A stretch of 64,000 nt of DNA from Macrostomum lignano. Its lineage: Eukaryota. The first letter of the stretch is position 1. The number at the start of each line of letters is the position of its first letter. Both the position numbers and the translations under genes were made by a program. Below the pieces are notes generated by a model. That model did not search any database and was not told where the DNA came from. It saw nothing but the letters and a program-made list of their open reading frames with translations. Where the stretch lies: NCBI GenBank assembly GCA_002269645.1, contig NIVC01002079.1, forward strand, positions 124,001 to 188,000. Direction: 5' to 3'. This document shows positions 34,995 through 47,173 of the stretch, piece by piece.

Positions 34995-35449
34995 CATCTG
35001 GTAGATTTTCAATCCGAGACTTTATTAAACAGTAGTTATACATTTTATTAAATAATTAGCTTTTTGATAAATTAAGTAAGTAGGCATTAACTTTTTATAA
35101 TCTTCATTTTATCTATTTTTCTTTATTCTATTTTTCTATTTATCTACGAGCGTAGGTGCGAGGTTGCTGAACTATTCTAAATGATATCTTTTACATATTT
35201 TGTCTTCATGATTGGCAATTTTATTTCTATATCATGCTGCTTTCACATGTTCGTAGACTGTAGTGTAGTAATTGAAATTTATATATACTAACCTATTTCT
35301 GACTCTTTTATAGCAATTTTTCATAATAAAATATCCATGATCTTCTGTAGTGTTTTAACATTGATGCCAAAATATTTGTAACGTCTTTTAGTTAGTTTCA
35401 TAATAAATACTGTTTAGCTGTTAATTCAACTCTGTATATGCCCCAGATG

Positions 35450-35975
35450 GGTAAGCCTAGAGTGCCTTAAGTAGGGAATCCTAGAGTGCCTTAGGTAGGG
35501 AATCATAGAGTGCTCCAGATAGGGAATCCTAGAGTGCCTTAGGTAGGGAATCCTAGAGTGCTCCAGATAGGGAATCCTAGAGTGCTCCAGATAGGGAATC
35601 CTAGAGTACCCCAGATAGGGAATCCTAGAGTGCCCTGGATAGGGAATCCTAGAGTACCCCAGCTAGGGAATCCTAGAGTGCCTTAGGTAGGGAATCCTAG
35701 AGTGCCCCGGATAGGGAATCCTAGAGTGCCCCGGATAGGGAATCCTAGAGTACCCCAGATAGGGAATCCTAGAGTGCCCCAGACGGAATCCTAGAGTACC
35801 CCAGATAGGGAATCCTAGATTACCCCAGACAGGGAATCCTAGAGTGCCCCGGATAGGGAATCCTAGAGTACCCCAGATAGGGAATCCTAGAGTACCCCAG
35901 ATAGGGAATCCTAGATTACCCCAGACAGGGAATCCTAGAGTACCCCAGATAGGGAATCCTAGATTACCTCCGATA
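35450..35975. repeat. 24-bp minisatellite (TAGGGAATCCTAGAGTGCCCCAGA)n upstream of CBR copy B
   Basis: Visible array; shares the GGGAATCC core with the array upstream of copy A. Confidence 0.9.
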
Positions 35976-36172
35976 AGAGTTTTGGGAAATCTTAAACAAC
36001 ATTAGAGTGTTTTAGAAACAAAGGAAGAAATTCCTGGGAACCCCAAGGGGAATCTGAAGGTAATCCTTCCGAATCGCAGGGGAATTTTTGGGAAGACTTC
36101 GTGGCACTCCTTCAGAGCCAATACCCTAACCCCAAGTGAGTCCCAACAGTTCCTGTCCCCTATTGCAGCGCC

Positions 36173-36676
36173 ATGGCCTCAGCACTGAAGGTGGCCGTAG
36201 TGACCGGCTCCAACAAGGGCATCGGGTTCGCCATTGTGGAGCAGCTCTGCAAGCAGCTGGGCTCCAGCTGGGCCGTCTATGTGACCTCGCGCGACAAAGC
36301 TCGCGGCGCCGATGCTCTGCGCCAGTTGAAGGAGCGCGGAGCCGAGCCGCGATTTCACCAGCTGGACATCGACAGTCAGGAGAGCGTGGACCGCCTCGCC
36401 GCCTACCTTAAAGGCACCTACGGAGGCCTCGATATTCTCGTTAACAATGCTGCCATTGCCTACAAGGGCGACTCGACCGCGCCGTTCGCCGAGCAAGCAG
36501 AGGTCACCATAGCAACCAACTTTTGGAGCACTCTGCGTATCTGTGATGCGCTGTTCCCTCTGCTGAGGCCGCACGCTCGGGTTGTGCACCTGTGCAGCAG
36601 CGTTAGCGATATGGCACTCAACAAGGCTTCTCCGGAGTTGCAGAAGAAGCTCACGCAGCCCATGAGTCTGGATGAG
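36173..36676 (+). CDS. CBR1: Carbonyl reductase copy B, exon 1
   Basis: Near-identical to copy A; NNAA instead of NNAG. Confidence 0.9.
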
Positions 36677-36729
36677 GTAAGTGCTGTCTTTGAAGTGATG
36701 TGCAACGCTTTACTTTACCTTTGGACTTT

Positions 36730-37320
36730 AAAATAGACATAACCAATCTTATAGGCTGCAGACAGTGTTTACCCTAGACGTAACCAATCCTGTAGGCTGC
36801 AGACAGTGCTTAACATAGACATAACCAATCTTATAGGCTGCGAACAGTGTTATCATAGACAACCAATCTTATAGGCTGCGAACAGTGTTTACCATAGACA
36901 TAACCAATCTTATAGGCTGCAGGCAGTGTTTACCCTAGACGTAACCAATCCTGTAGGCTGCGGACAGTGCTTAACATAGACATAACCAATCTTATAGGCT
37001 GCGGACAGTGTTTACCATAGACATAACCAATCTTATAGGCTGCAGGCAGTGTTTACCCTAGACGTAACCAATCCTGTAGGCTGCGGACAGTGCTTAACAT
37101 AGACATAACCAATCTTATAGGCTGCGAACAGTGTTTACCATAGACATAACCAATCTTATAGGCTGCAGGCAGTGTTTACCCTAGACGTAACCAATCCTGT
37201 AGGCTGCGGACAGTGCTTAACATAGACATAACCAATCTTATAGGCTGCGGACAGTGTTTACCATAGACATAACCAAAGCTGTAGGCTCCGGACAGTGTTT
37301 ACCATAGACATAACCAAACC
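36730..37320. repeat. 41-bp intronic minisatellite of CBR copy B (longer than in copy A)
   Basis: Same unit as 34235-34620; intron is 666 bp versus 465 bp. Confidence 0.9.
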
Positions 37321-37342
37321 ACCCCCCCCTCCTCAACCGCAG

Positions 37343-37690
37343 GTTAAGCAGCTCATGTCGGATTTCGTGGCCCGAGCTAAGGCCGGCACAGTGCAGGAGG
37401 CCGGCTGGCCGCAGACCGCCTACGGCGTCTCCAAGGTGGGCGTCCGTCTCATGACCTACGCCCAGGCCAGGGATGTCAAGGGAGACGACATTGTGATCAA
37501 CTGCTGCTGTCCCGGCTATGTGGACACGGATATGACCAGCCACAAAGGACCAAAGACTATCTATGAAGGCGCTGACACACCTGTGTACCTCGCGACCCTG
37601 CCTCCCGGCGTCAAGCAGCCAATAGGAGAGCACCTGTACGAGCGCAAGGTCGTGCCGTGGGCTGTGAAGCCCGGATTCACCATCGCTTGA
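37343..37690 (+). CDS. CBR1: Carbonyl reductase copy B, exon 2
   Basis: YGVSK and CCPGYVDTDM intact; divergent C-terminus GFTIA versus DFKFV. Confidence 0.9.
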   Translation, partial: VKQLMSDFVARAKAGTVQEAGWPQTAYGVSKVGVRLMTYAQARDVKGDDIVINCCCPGYVDTDMTSHKGPKTIYEGADTPVYLATLPPGVKQPIGEHLYERKVVPWAVKPGFTIA

Positions 37691-39038
37691 AGCTCTGTTC
37701 GATCGTAGGACTTTTGGTTTCTGATTGAAATGGTTAAGCAACGTTTGTACTCGAATTTTCTTTCTAGGTAGCGGCTTCATATTAGCCATCTATCCCTGTC
37801 TGTGCGTGGCTCGATTCTTTGTTATTTAGCTTGACTGTTCTTTTCAATTTTTCACTATTGATAATGATGTAACCGCCCTTGTCGCCTGCCCGCTCCGTAG
37901 AGAGACGAACGCATGACTAGAGGGGGCAATGACCGTAGGCTGCCTATGACCGGGCAACGACCTGACGGACCTCCAGCACCAGACTGTCCCGCCCACATGA
38001 TTAGTAGCTTTTGGTAGCGCTTCGTGACCAGAGGGCCAAGGACCCACATGGACCCCACCTGTAGCCAAGGTGCAAAAACGAGAACAAAAGAAAGAGAAAA
38101 TCGGAGAAAATGTGATAATTGGTGGGGGTCGAGAGAACAAAAGAAGCAAAAACGAGAACAATAGAAGCGGAGGTGGGGTGGGTGTCACATGAGAAATTTG
38201 GGGAGGAGAACAATGGCATGAGAAAAGGTTGCGCAAGAGAGGGGGATGAGTCATCGATGAGTCATCGGGGGGAAGAAGGGGTCACACGTCTTGCGTCACC
38301 GTTTGGGAGTTTGGGAGGGAATGGGGAGACGGTGAGCACACAAAATACTGTAAGTAGACACAGAGAAGGAGGGGACAGCGCAGGAAAAGAGTGCAGAGAG
38401 AGACAAAAAAGAGAGGAGATAGAGAAAGTACAGGAAGAATAGGGCGGAAACAGAAGAGATAGGGTAGAGGGGGAGGTACAGAAAGGGGTAGGGGGCTCCG
38501 GAAAGGCAGGTGTGGCGGCAGGAGAGACGGGACCAAGGCAGCAGGAGGGGTGCAGCAGAGCGGGAGTCTCCAGGCCCGGTCGGAGACCTGGCCGAGTCTC
38601 GACAGCTCTGTGCAGAGGGTGCACGGGATAGGAGGCACTTTCGAAAAAGTTGCCATGCCCTATCCCGCGACCAGAGCGTGGTTACATCAATAATATTTAA
38701 TCAAGTTAGATTAATTCAAAATACACACCGACGACGGCTGTTTTTCTTTCTGTCCTTTTTATAATCAATGTTAGTCTTGAAGTTATTTTTATCAAATATG
38801 ATTTAGGAAGTCAGTTCCCACTAGCTAGACGTAAAATTACCCAAATTAGTCATGAACTTCGCAAATGACGACGGTTTCACCTGTAGAGTTTTTAACAATC
38901 AATTTTTAACAATTTTCCTAAGAAAACGTCTTAAAAGCTACGGAATCGGGTCAGTTTCCTTGCCTACTGTGGCTCCAGCTGTATTTGAAGGATTTTGAAA
39001 GACGCCAGCAACGTGATTTGGCAAACAGATGAAAAAAG

Positions 39039-39644
39039 TCAAGAAGACGTCTTTGAATATCCGGTCCTTTGTCGCCCAGCTGCCGAGGTTGCCGCAGTTG
39101 TGGATCTTGAAGCTGCCCGACTCTTCGCGCTTGACGCCGACAGCAGCCTTACGAAGCTCATATCCCGGTCGCTGTTCTCCTCGAAGGTCATCATCCGTCG
39201 GAAGTCGTCCCAGTTGACTACGCCGTCCCTGTCGTGATCGGCGTGCCGCAGCATCTCGTCGATGTCTTCGTCGGTTAGAGGCTCGTCTAGTAGCAGCAGC
39301 ATTGTCCGTTTGAGCTCCTCGTGCGTCACGTGACTTCCATTGGAGCCGCGGCTCAGCACGAAGAAGGCTTCGCGAATCTCCGCCTCGTCGTCCACGTCGG
39401 CGCCGCGCATTTTGAGCACCAGGATGGCGCAGAGGGAGTTAAAATCGATGCGCGGCTTCGCGTCCGGGTCGGCGCCCAGTTTGATGAGGAATTTGCGCAG
39501 ATCCGAGTCGCTCAGCTGGTGCCCGACTTTGCGCATGATTGTTGAAACCCCGGCCATGGTGACGCTGCCCTCCGAGGTGCGGTCATTCTCTTCGAATGCT
39601 TCTTTCAGGTCCTTGAGCATGGCCTCCTCCAGTATTTCTGCCAT
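39039..39644 (-). CDS. Divergent calmodulin/centrin-like EF-hand protein
   Basis: LKEAF...AEIREAF...LTDEDIDEMLRHADHDRDGVVNWDDFRRMM shows the four-EF-hand calmodulin layout; only EF4 resembles a canonical loop. Confidence 0.8.
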   Translation of the reverse strand: MAEILEEAMLKDLKEAFEENDRTSEGSVTMAGVSTIMRKVGHQLSDSDLRKFLIKLGADPDAKPRIDFNSLCAILVLKMRGADVDDEAEIREAFFVLSRGSNGSHVTHEELKRTMLLLLDEPLTDEDIDEMLRHADHDRDGVVNWDDFRRMMTFEENSDRDMSFVRLLSASSAKSRAASRSTTAATSAAGRQRTGYSKTSS

Positions 39645-40164
39645 TGCTGCTATGTAGGAGCGGTAGCTCTGGTCGGTATGCCTGGCTCTGGTACTGGCCG
39701 AGGGACAGATGGTTTGAATAGAGAAGAGCGTCTTAAAATCCGCTCCTTTGGCCTCTTGGCCGTGCCATTTTTCTCAAATTAAAGAGGGCAAGGAGTTTAA
39801 GGTTGCTACGCGTATTGTGTGCTGCGCTGCACAGCTAGAACCCTTCGCCATCTCTCTCTCTCTCTCTCTTGCTCCTCACCCTTCCACCTGTCTCTCTGCT
39901 TATAGCACATTCTACTGCAGTGCTCTTTACTCCATCGCGATTCCCCGTGGCCATGGTTTCACCCTCAATAAAGTGGCCGTTGTGCGATGCGGTCTTCCGC
40001 TCTTACCCCCCCCCTTCCAGTGCCCCTCTCTGGCACAGGCCAGTTTACTCTTAAGCTTTTTATACGTCGTATAGCTCGTACATATGGCTTAGCGCTTGAC
40101 TTTTCTTAGTTGTCATTGGCTTACACTTGACTTCCAATATCAATTGCATATATAATACAACCAG

Positions 40165-41405
40165 CTTGGACTCCCCGTGAAACCATGCTTGGATTCCCCG
40201 TGAAACCATGCTTGAATTCCTCGTGAAACCATGCTTGAATTCCCCGTGAAACCATGCTTGAATTCCCCGTAAAACCATGCTTGAATTCCCCGTGAAACCA
40301 TGCTTAAATTCCCCGTGAAACCATGCTTGAATTCCCCGTGAAACCATGCTTGAATTCCCCGTGAAACCATGCTTGAATTCCCCGTGAAACCATGCTTGAA
40401 TTCCTCGTGAAACCATGCTTGAATTCCCCGTGAAACCATGCTTGAATTCCCCGTGAAACCATGCTTAAATTCCCCGTGAAACCATGCTTGAATTCCCCGT
40501 GAAACCATGCTTAAATTCCCCGTGAAACCATGCTTGAATTCCCCGTGAAACCATGCTTAAATTCCCCGTGAAACCATGCTTGAATTCCCCGTGAAACCAT
40601 GCTTGAATTCCCCGTGAAACCATGCTTGAATTCCCCGTAAAACCATGCTTGAATTCCCCGTGAAACCATGCTTGAATTCCCCGTAAAACCATGCTTGAAT
40701 TCCCCGTGAAACCATGCTTAAATTCCCCGTGAAACCATGCTTGAATTCCCCGTGAAACCATGCTTGAATTCCCCGTGAAACCATGCTTGAATTCCCCGTG
40801 AAACCATGCTTGAATTCCCCGTAAAACCATGCTTGAATTCCCCGTGAAACCATGCTTGAATTCCCCGTAAAACCATGCTTGAATTCCCCGTGAAACCATG
40901 CTTAAATTCCCCGTGAAACCATGCTTGAATTCCCCGTGTAGCCGGCCTGAATTTCTTGTGAAATCAACTTGAATTTCCCATGAAACCATGCTTAAATTCC
41001 CCGTGAAACCATGACTGAATTCCCCATAAAACTGACTGAATTCCCCATAAAACTATAACTTAATTCCCCATAAAACCATGACTGAATTCCCCGTGAAGCC
41101 GGCTCGAATTTCTTGTGAAATCAACTTTAATTCCCCATGAAACCAGCTTGAATTCCCCATAAAACCATAACTGAATTCCCCGTGAAACGATGACTGAATT
41201 CCCCGTGAGACCATGACTGAATTCCCCGTAAAACCATGACTGAATTCCCCGTAAAACCATGACTGAATTCTCCGTGAGACCATAACTGAATTCCCCGTAA
41301 AACCATGACTGAATTCCCCGTGAGACCATGACTGAATTCCCCGTAAAACCATGACTGAATTCCCCGTGAAACCATGACTGAATTCCCCGTAAAACCATAA
41401 CTGAA
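40165..41405. repeat. 23-bp minisatellite (TTGAATTCCCCGTGAAACCATGC)n grading into an ...CATGAC variant
   Basis: Visible array between the calmodulin-like and AF10 genes. Confidence 0.95.
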
Positions 41406-41549
41406 TTCCAGTTGCAGGCTGTCGCCACGCCGCCGCAACCTGCTGCTTTGCTGAGAGCCGCCACAGCAGCCTTTCCATAGCAGCAATCAATCAATCGGCG
41501 GCAGGCGGAGCTGTCAATCAATCAAAGCCATAATATAGGGGGTTAAAAT

Positions 41550-42079
41550 ATGAAAGAGATGATCGGCGGCTGCTGCGTCTGCTCAGAGGAACGCGGCTGG
41601 TCGGACAATCCGCTGGTGTACTGCGACGGGGCTCAGTGCAGCGTGGCAGTGCACCAGGCCTGCTACGGCATCCCCATTATCCCGATGGCTCCTGGTACTG
41701 CCGCAAGTGCGAGAGCAACGAGCGAGTCGCCAGGGTCCGCTGCGAGCTCTGCCCGAGCAGGTCCGGCGCTTTGAAACGCACCGATCGAGGCACCTGGTGT
41801 CACGTGATCTGCGCCCTGTTCATCCCCGAGGTGGACTTTGGCGACAAGGCGCTGATGGAGCCGGTGCTGCTGGAACGAGTGCCAGCCGAGAAGTTCAACA
41901 GGCTGTGCTACATCTGCGAGTCCCGCGGCCAGTCTGAGAGGGCGGTGGCCGGCGCCTGCATGCAGTGCAACAAGTCCGGCTGCAGGCTATGCTTTCATGT
42001 CACCTGCGCCCAGACACTCGGCCTGCTGTGCGAAGAGAGCGAAGCCAATGGCTCTGTGCGATTCTGCGGCTACTGTCAG
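41550..42079 (+). CDS. MLLT10: AF10/AF17 homolog exon 1 (PZP: PHD-Zn knuckle-PHD), with an apparent 1-bp frameshift at about 41683
   Basis: MKEMIGGCCVCSEERGWSDNPLVYCDG...VHQACYGI continues as DGSWYCRKCES...CFHVTCAQ...CGYC in the next frame; donor CAG|gtgagc. Confidence 0.9.
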
Positions 42080-42087
42080 GTGAGCTG

Positions 42088-42380
<293 letters not shown>

Positions 42381-42558
42381 GGCCCTGACTTTCTCATTGC
42401 CAGACAGCGCACACTCTCAGCGCCTTAAAAGTTAGCCGGCACTACAACGCACGACAATCCCTACAGGCAATTTTTTCTTTTATAAATCGCAAAATCAATC
42501 AATTCAGTCAAGTGCAGACTCGAACCTGGGACGTTGTTCTTCTAAAATTTGATTGCAG

Positions 42559-43524
42559 GGCCACTTCAAGAAGCTGGACAAGCGCGGCTCGGGCATCAAG
42601 CCCATACCGGCCTACATATCGCCTGAGCCGCCAGCCGTTAAACCGGGCACTTCCGCTTCCGCCTCCGCCGTGGCAACCGGCCTTAGCAACGGCGCCGCCC
42701 GCGGCCACTCATTATCATCGTCATTAGCAACGGAGCCGGTCAGCCCGGACGCGGCGCCGCCTGCATTGAAGCAATTCGGCGCCGATGAGGACGACCTTGA
42801 TGAAGAGAATCGCAAATCCGGCTTCGCTGCACATCCGGCGGAAACGGCGCCAGGCAGAAACGGACACCGCGCCGGCGGCGGCAGCCCGCCTCCGCTGCTG
42901 CGCCTGGGAGCCCCGCTGCTGCAGCCGGCAACTCCAGCGGAACCGTCGCCTTTGTCCTTCGTCGCCGCCCCCGCTGACCCCGCCGCCGCCACCAGCGCCT
43001 CCAAGTCCAGCAGCGGAGAGACCGTGGCGGCGGCCTCCGTTTCCCCGGTGCCGCTGCCGAAGAAACGCCAGCTGGCCGTTGCCGCCGCTGCCGCAGCAGC
43101 CGCCGCATCCACCGCCGCCAGCGAAGCCGGCCGACAGCAGCGTCAGGCAAAGCCGAAGCAACTGCAGCAGCAGCCTAAGCGGGAGAAGATGGAGAAAAAG
43201 CGCCGGAAGCTGGACCTCGGAGGCGCTTCTTCCGTTGGTACCGCCGCCGCCGCTTCTTCATCATCGGCCGGACTGAGTCAGCTCAGTCTTAGCCCGCCGC
43301 TGCATCCTTCGCCACCTTTGCCTCACCGTTCCATCCAAAGTCCCCGACAGCAGCAGCAGCCGCCTCCGCCGCCTCCGCTGCCGTACGTTGGGCCGCCGCT
43401 GCCCCGCGGCCTGACCCTGGCCGAGCTGAACGATCCCGGACACGCCAGCGGCGGCACCTGCATGAGCATGGCTGACCTGCTCGAGTGGCAATGGGAACAG
43501 ACTGGGGACTTTCTAATGCAGCAG
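42559..43524 (+). CDS. MLLT10: AF10 homolog exon 2
   Basis: Acceptor ttgcag|GGC; ends SMADLLEWQWEQTGDFLMQQ, matching the AF10 octapeptide motif LLERQW. Confidence 0.85.
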
Positions 43525-43559
43525 GTTGGTTAAAGACAGGGACAATCGACTTTGTAAAA

Positions 43560-44200
43560 CAGTAGTCCACAACATCTATAGATGTCCCTGATCAGCAGTC
43601 CACAGCATCTATAGATGTCCCTGATCAGCAGTCCACAGCATCTATAGATGTCCCTGATCAGTAGTCCACAACATCTATAGATGTCCCTGATCAGCAGTCC
43701 ACAGCATCTATAGATGTCCCTGATCAGCAGTCCACAGCATCTATAGATGTCCCTGATCAGCAGTCCACAACATCTATAGATGTCCCTGATCAGCAGTCCA
43801 CAGCATCTATAGATGTCCCTGATCAGCAGTCCACAGCATCTATAGATGTCCCTGATCGGCAGTGCACGGCTTCTATAGATGTCCCTGATCGGCAGTCCAC
43901 AGCATCTATAGATGTCCCTGATCAGCAGTCCACAGCATCTATAGATGTCCCTGATCAGCAGTCCACAGCATCTATAGATGTCCCTGATCAGCAGTCCACA
44001 GCATCTATAGATGTCCCTGATCAGCAGTCCACAGCATCTATAGATGTCCCTGATCAGCAGTCCACAGCATCTATAGATGTCCCTGATCAGCAGTCCACAG
44101 CATCTATAGATGTCCCTGATCAGCAGTCCACAGCATCTATAGATGTCCCTGATCAGCAGTCCACAGCATCTATAGATGTCCCTGATCAGCAGTCCACAGC
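43560..44200. repeat. 33-bp minisatellite (CAGCAGTCCACAGCATCTATAGATGTCCCTGAT)n in AF10 intron 2
   Basis: Visible array. Confidence 0.95.
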
Positions 44201-44233
44201 TCGCTCAATCTTCATGCTTTGCTGCCCCGCCAG

Positions 44234-45304
44234 GTGGAGAGCACGGACATCGCCAGCCTGCTCACCTGCCTGCACCAGCTGCAGAAGGAGAACCGCGCCC
44301 TCGAACAGCAGATCGGCAACCTGCAGCGTCGAAAAGACCGACTGCAGTCGCTCACCAGCAAGCTGCAGCAGCCTCTGCCAGCTGTACAGCCCGCCTCAGT
44401 TGTCATTTCAGCCTCCGCTGGCGCTGCTTCTTCAGCTTCATCTGCAGCTCCGCAGCAGCAGCAGGCAAGCGTTAACCTGCTACAGACTGGCGTCAGCAGC
44501 TGCTCTGCTGCCGTCACCAACCTGCTCAACGTGTCTACCGCAGCCTCTTCGGGTACAATGAGTGCTAATTTGCCAGCAACTCCGCAGCAGCTGCATCAGA
44601 TGCAGAGTCAGACTCAGCATCAGTATCCTCAGCAGCATATGCCTACAACGCCTCAGCAGCAGCAACAGCCCCAGCAGTTGAGTCCCGCTATGCCAATGGC
44701 TCAGTTCTCGCCACTGCTCATGCAGCAGCAGCAACAACATCAGAAGCAGCAGTTTGTCAATCATCAGCTGATGAACCAGCATCACCGACAGCCTCCTCAT
44801 CCTGGCTACCACCCGGTTCAGCAGCAACAGCAGCCTCATCATCATCATCATAATCAGGCACCGGGCCCATCAGTCGCTTCCAGCATCGGCGCCTATCACC
44901 CGCAGCAGCACCAGCAGATGGCCATGGCAGCCGCCGCCGCTGCCGCAGCCGCCGCAGCCGCTCGGATGCCAGCGCAGCAGCCGCAGCAACAGCAGCCGCA
45001 GCAGCAGCAGCAGCAGCAGCAACATCACCTGGTTGGCCACCACTCTGCTCAAAGTGCCGCTGGCAACTACCTACCAATGCCGTCTGCCCACCACCTCATG
45101 CTGACTGGCAGGACCCCGCCTCAGCAGCAGCAGCAGCAGCAGCAGACTGTAGCCATTTCACCTCCGTCTGGGCCAACCGGGCTGGCTGGCGTGTCGCCAA
45201 CGGCTGGTCGTCAGCCTGCTGCTCCTGCTGCCGGCTCCAGCGGCGGCGCTAGGAAGAAAGCGGCCGGACCCAAAGCACCTGCAGCAGCAGCGACCAAATA
45301 TTGA
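44234..45304 (+). CDS. MLLT10: AF10 homolog exon 3 (leucine zipper, Q/H/A-rich tail)
   Basis: DIASLLTCLHQLQKENRALEQQIGNLQRRKDRLQ matches the DOT1L-binding OM-LZ. Confidence 0.85.
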   Translation: MESTDIASLLTCLHQLQKENRALEQQIGNLQRRKDRLQSLTSKLQQPLPAVQPASVVISASAGAASSASSAAPQQQQASVNLLQTGVSSCSAAVTNLLNVSTAASSGTMSANLPATPQQLHQMQSQTQHQYPQQHMPTTPQQQQQPQQLSPAMPMAQFSPLLMQQQQQHQKQQFVNHQLMNQHHRQPPHPGYHPVQQQQQPHHHHHNQAPGPSVASSIGAYHPQQHQQMAMAAAAAAAAAAAARMPAQQPQQQQPQQQQQQQQHHLVGHHSAQSAAGNYLPMPSAHHLMLTGRTPPQQQQQQQQTVAISPPSGPTGLAGVSPTAGRQPAAPAAGSSGGARKKAAGPKAPAAAATKY

Positions 45305-45424
45305 TTCGATGTGTTATTTGGTATGACATTACTCCTATAAATCATTAAATTGCTTTTCTGCCTTCGACTCGCGGCTTTTAGCTTCATAGAAATGGATATC
45401 TTTAAATATCCCCATTGTAATTAC

Positions 45425-45690
45425 GATTGGGATTATAAACCTAAAATACCCCATCCAGATTCTAATCCCCACTTCAATTATAATCCCAAAATATCCCATC
45501 CCTGATTCTAATCCCCACTTTAATTATAATCCCAAAATATCCCATCCAGATTCTAATCCCCACTTCAATTATAATCCCAAAATATCCCATCCAGTTTCTA
45601 ATCCCCACTTCAATTATAATCCCAAAATATCCCATCCAGATTCTAATCCCCACTTCAATTATAATCCCAAAATATCCCATCCAGATCCCA
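45425..45690. repeat. 45-bp minisatellite
   Basis: (CCCATCCAGATTCTAATCCCCACTTCAATTATAATCCCAAAATAT)n, about 5-6 units. Confidence 0.9.
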
Positions 45691-46694
45691 ATTCCCACCC
45701 ACAGCAGCAGTTGCTCAGAGCAGTAGTATGACGTGTGTTTTGTAATTGAAACTCTGTTGTGCTTATAAAATCGCTTATATTATAATTAATTAGCACAGCG
45801 CATTAATAGTTTCAAACTAATTGTGGAAATTTAAGATTTATTGATTGGGGATGGCGGTAGGCGCGTGCGCTGTAAAATATTGAACCAGCTTTTTACTTCA
45901 AATTTAATCTTTTTGTGTTCCCCGCATTGCCTGAGTGTGTCTCTGTTTTCAATGGTTTATTTAGTTAGTATCATTAGTTTGCTGTGAGTTCGTGTTACAC
46001 AGTTTTCCTTACCACGAGTGTTTAATCAGTTTATTGGTCTGTTTAATTCACACAATTTATTTAGCACTATTATCCATTTTGGTTTTGCGCTTCTATTTTG
46101 TAATTAATTTTTTATTTCTAAATGATCAACCAGCGACTCTGTGTTGCTGTATAGTAACATTACTGTGTAAATAGTAATATTAGTAACTTTTATTTAATAT
46201 AACTGCTGCCGGCTTCTCAACAATTGTTGATGAATTCATGAATGACTTTAATAAATTGTCCAGTCAAATGTGCGCGTTTATTTGTGCTTATTATGACTTT
46301 TAAGCATGCACAAGCAATACATACTACTTAGGCGAAACAGTTTGCAAGTAGTCAGATTGGCATATGTTTATTTACACAGAAATTGTTTTTAATAAACTTC
46401 AAGCCACACAGGTGATATTCATAACGCTATCAGTTACAATATGAAATATGGAATAAAATTAATGTGAAATATTAATGAAAACAATGAGAAAGAAACGCAC
46501 TGGGGATGAGATATGTAAGCGCAGCGCATTTAGAATGTGACAAAATGAGTTCGTTTTGAGATTACTAAACGCACGCCTAATATAAGCCTAATATAAGTCT
46601 TTGAATTTTGAAAGCTGCTGAAATCTTGTACTAAACATTTTAAACTGTTCGGCAACCAATGGCATAGCGAACAAATAGGTAGATATACATGTAG

Positions 46695-47130
46695 AAGCCA
46701 GCTGGCATAGCAACCAATGAGTATCATAGAAACCAGTTGGCATAGCAACCAATGAGTATCATAGAAACCTGTTGGCATAGCAACCAATGAGTATCATAGA
46801 AACCTGTTGGCATAGCAACCAATGAGTATCATAGAAACCTGTTGGCATAGCAACCAATGAGTATCATAGAAACCTGTTGGCATAGCAACCAATGAGTATC
46901 ATAGAAGCCAGTTGGCATAGCAACCAATGAGTATCATAGAAACCAGTTGGCATAGCAACCAATGAGTATCATAGAAGCCTGTTGGCATAGCAACCAATGA
47001 GTATCATAGAAGCCAGTTGGCATAGCAACCAATGAGTATCATAGACACCAGTTAGCATAGCAACCAGTGGGTATTATAGAAATCAGTTGGCAAAGCAACC
47101 AATGAGTATCATAGAAGCCAGCTGGCATAG
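46695..47130. repeat. 35-bp minisatellite (GTTGGCATAGCAACCAATGAGTATCATAGAAACCT)n
   Basis: Visible array just 3' of the ZMYND8-like exon. Confidence 0.9.
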
Positions 47131-47173
47131 CAACAAGAAACCCAGTACGCGTGAAGTGCACCGCCTCTTCATC

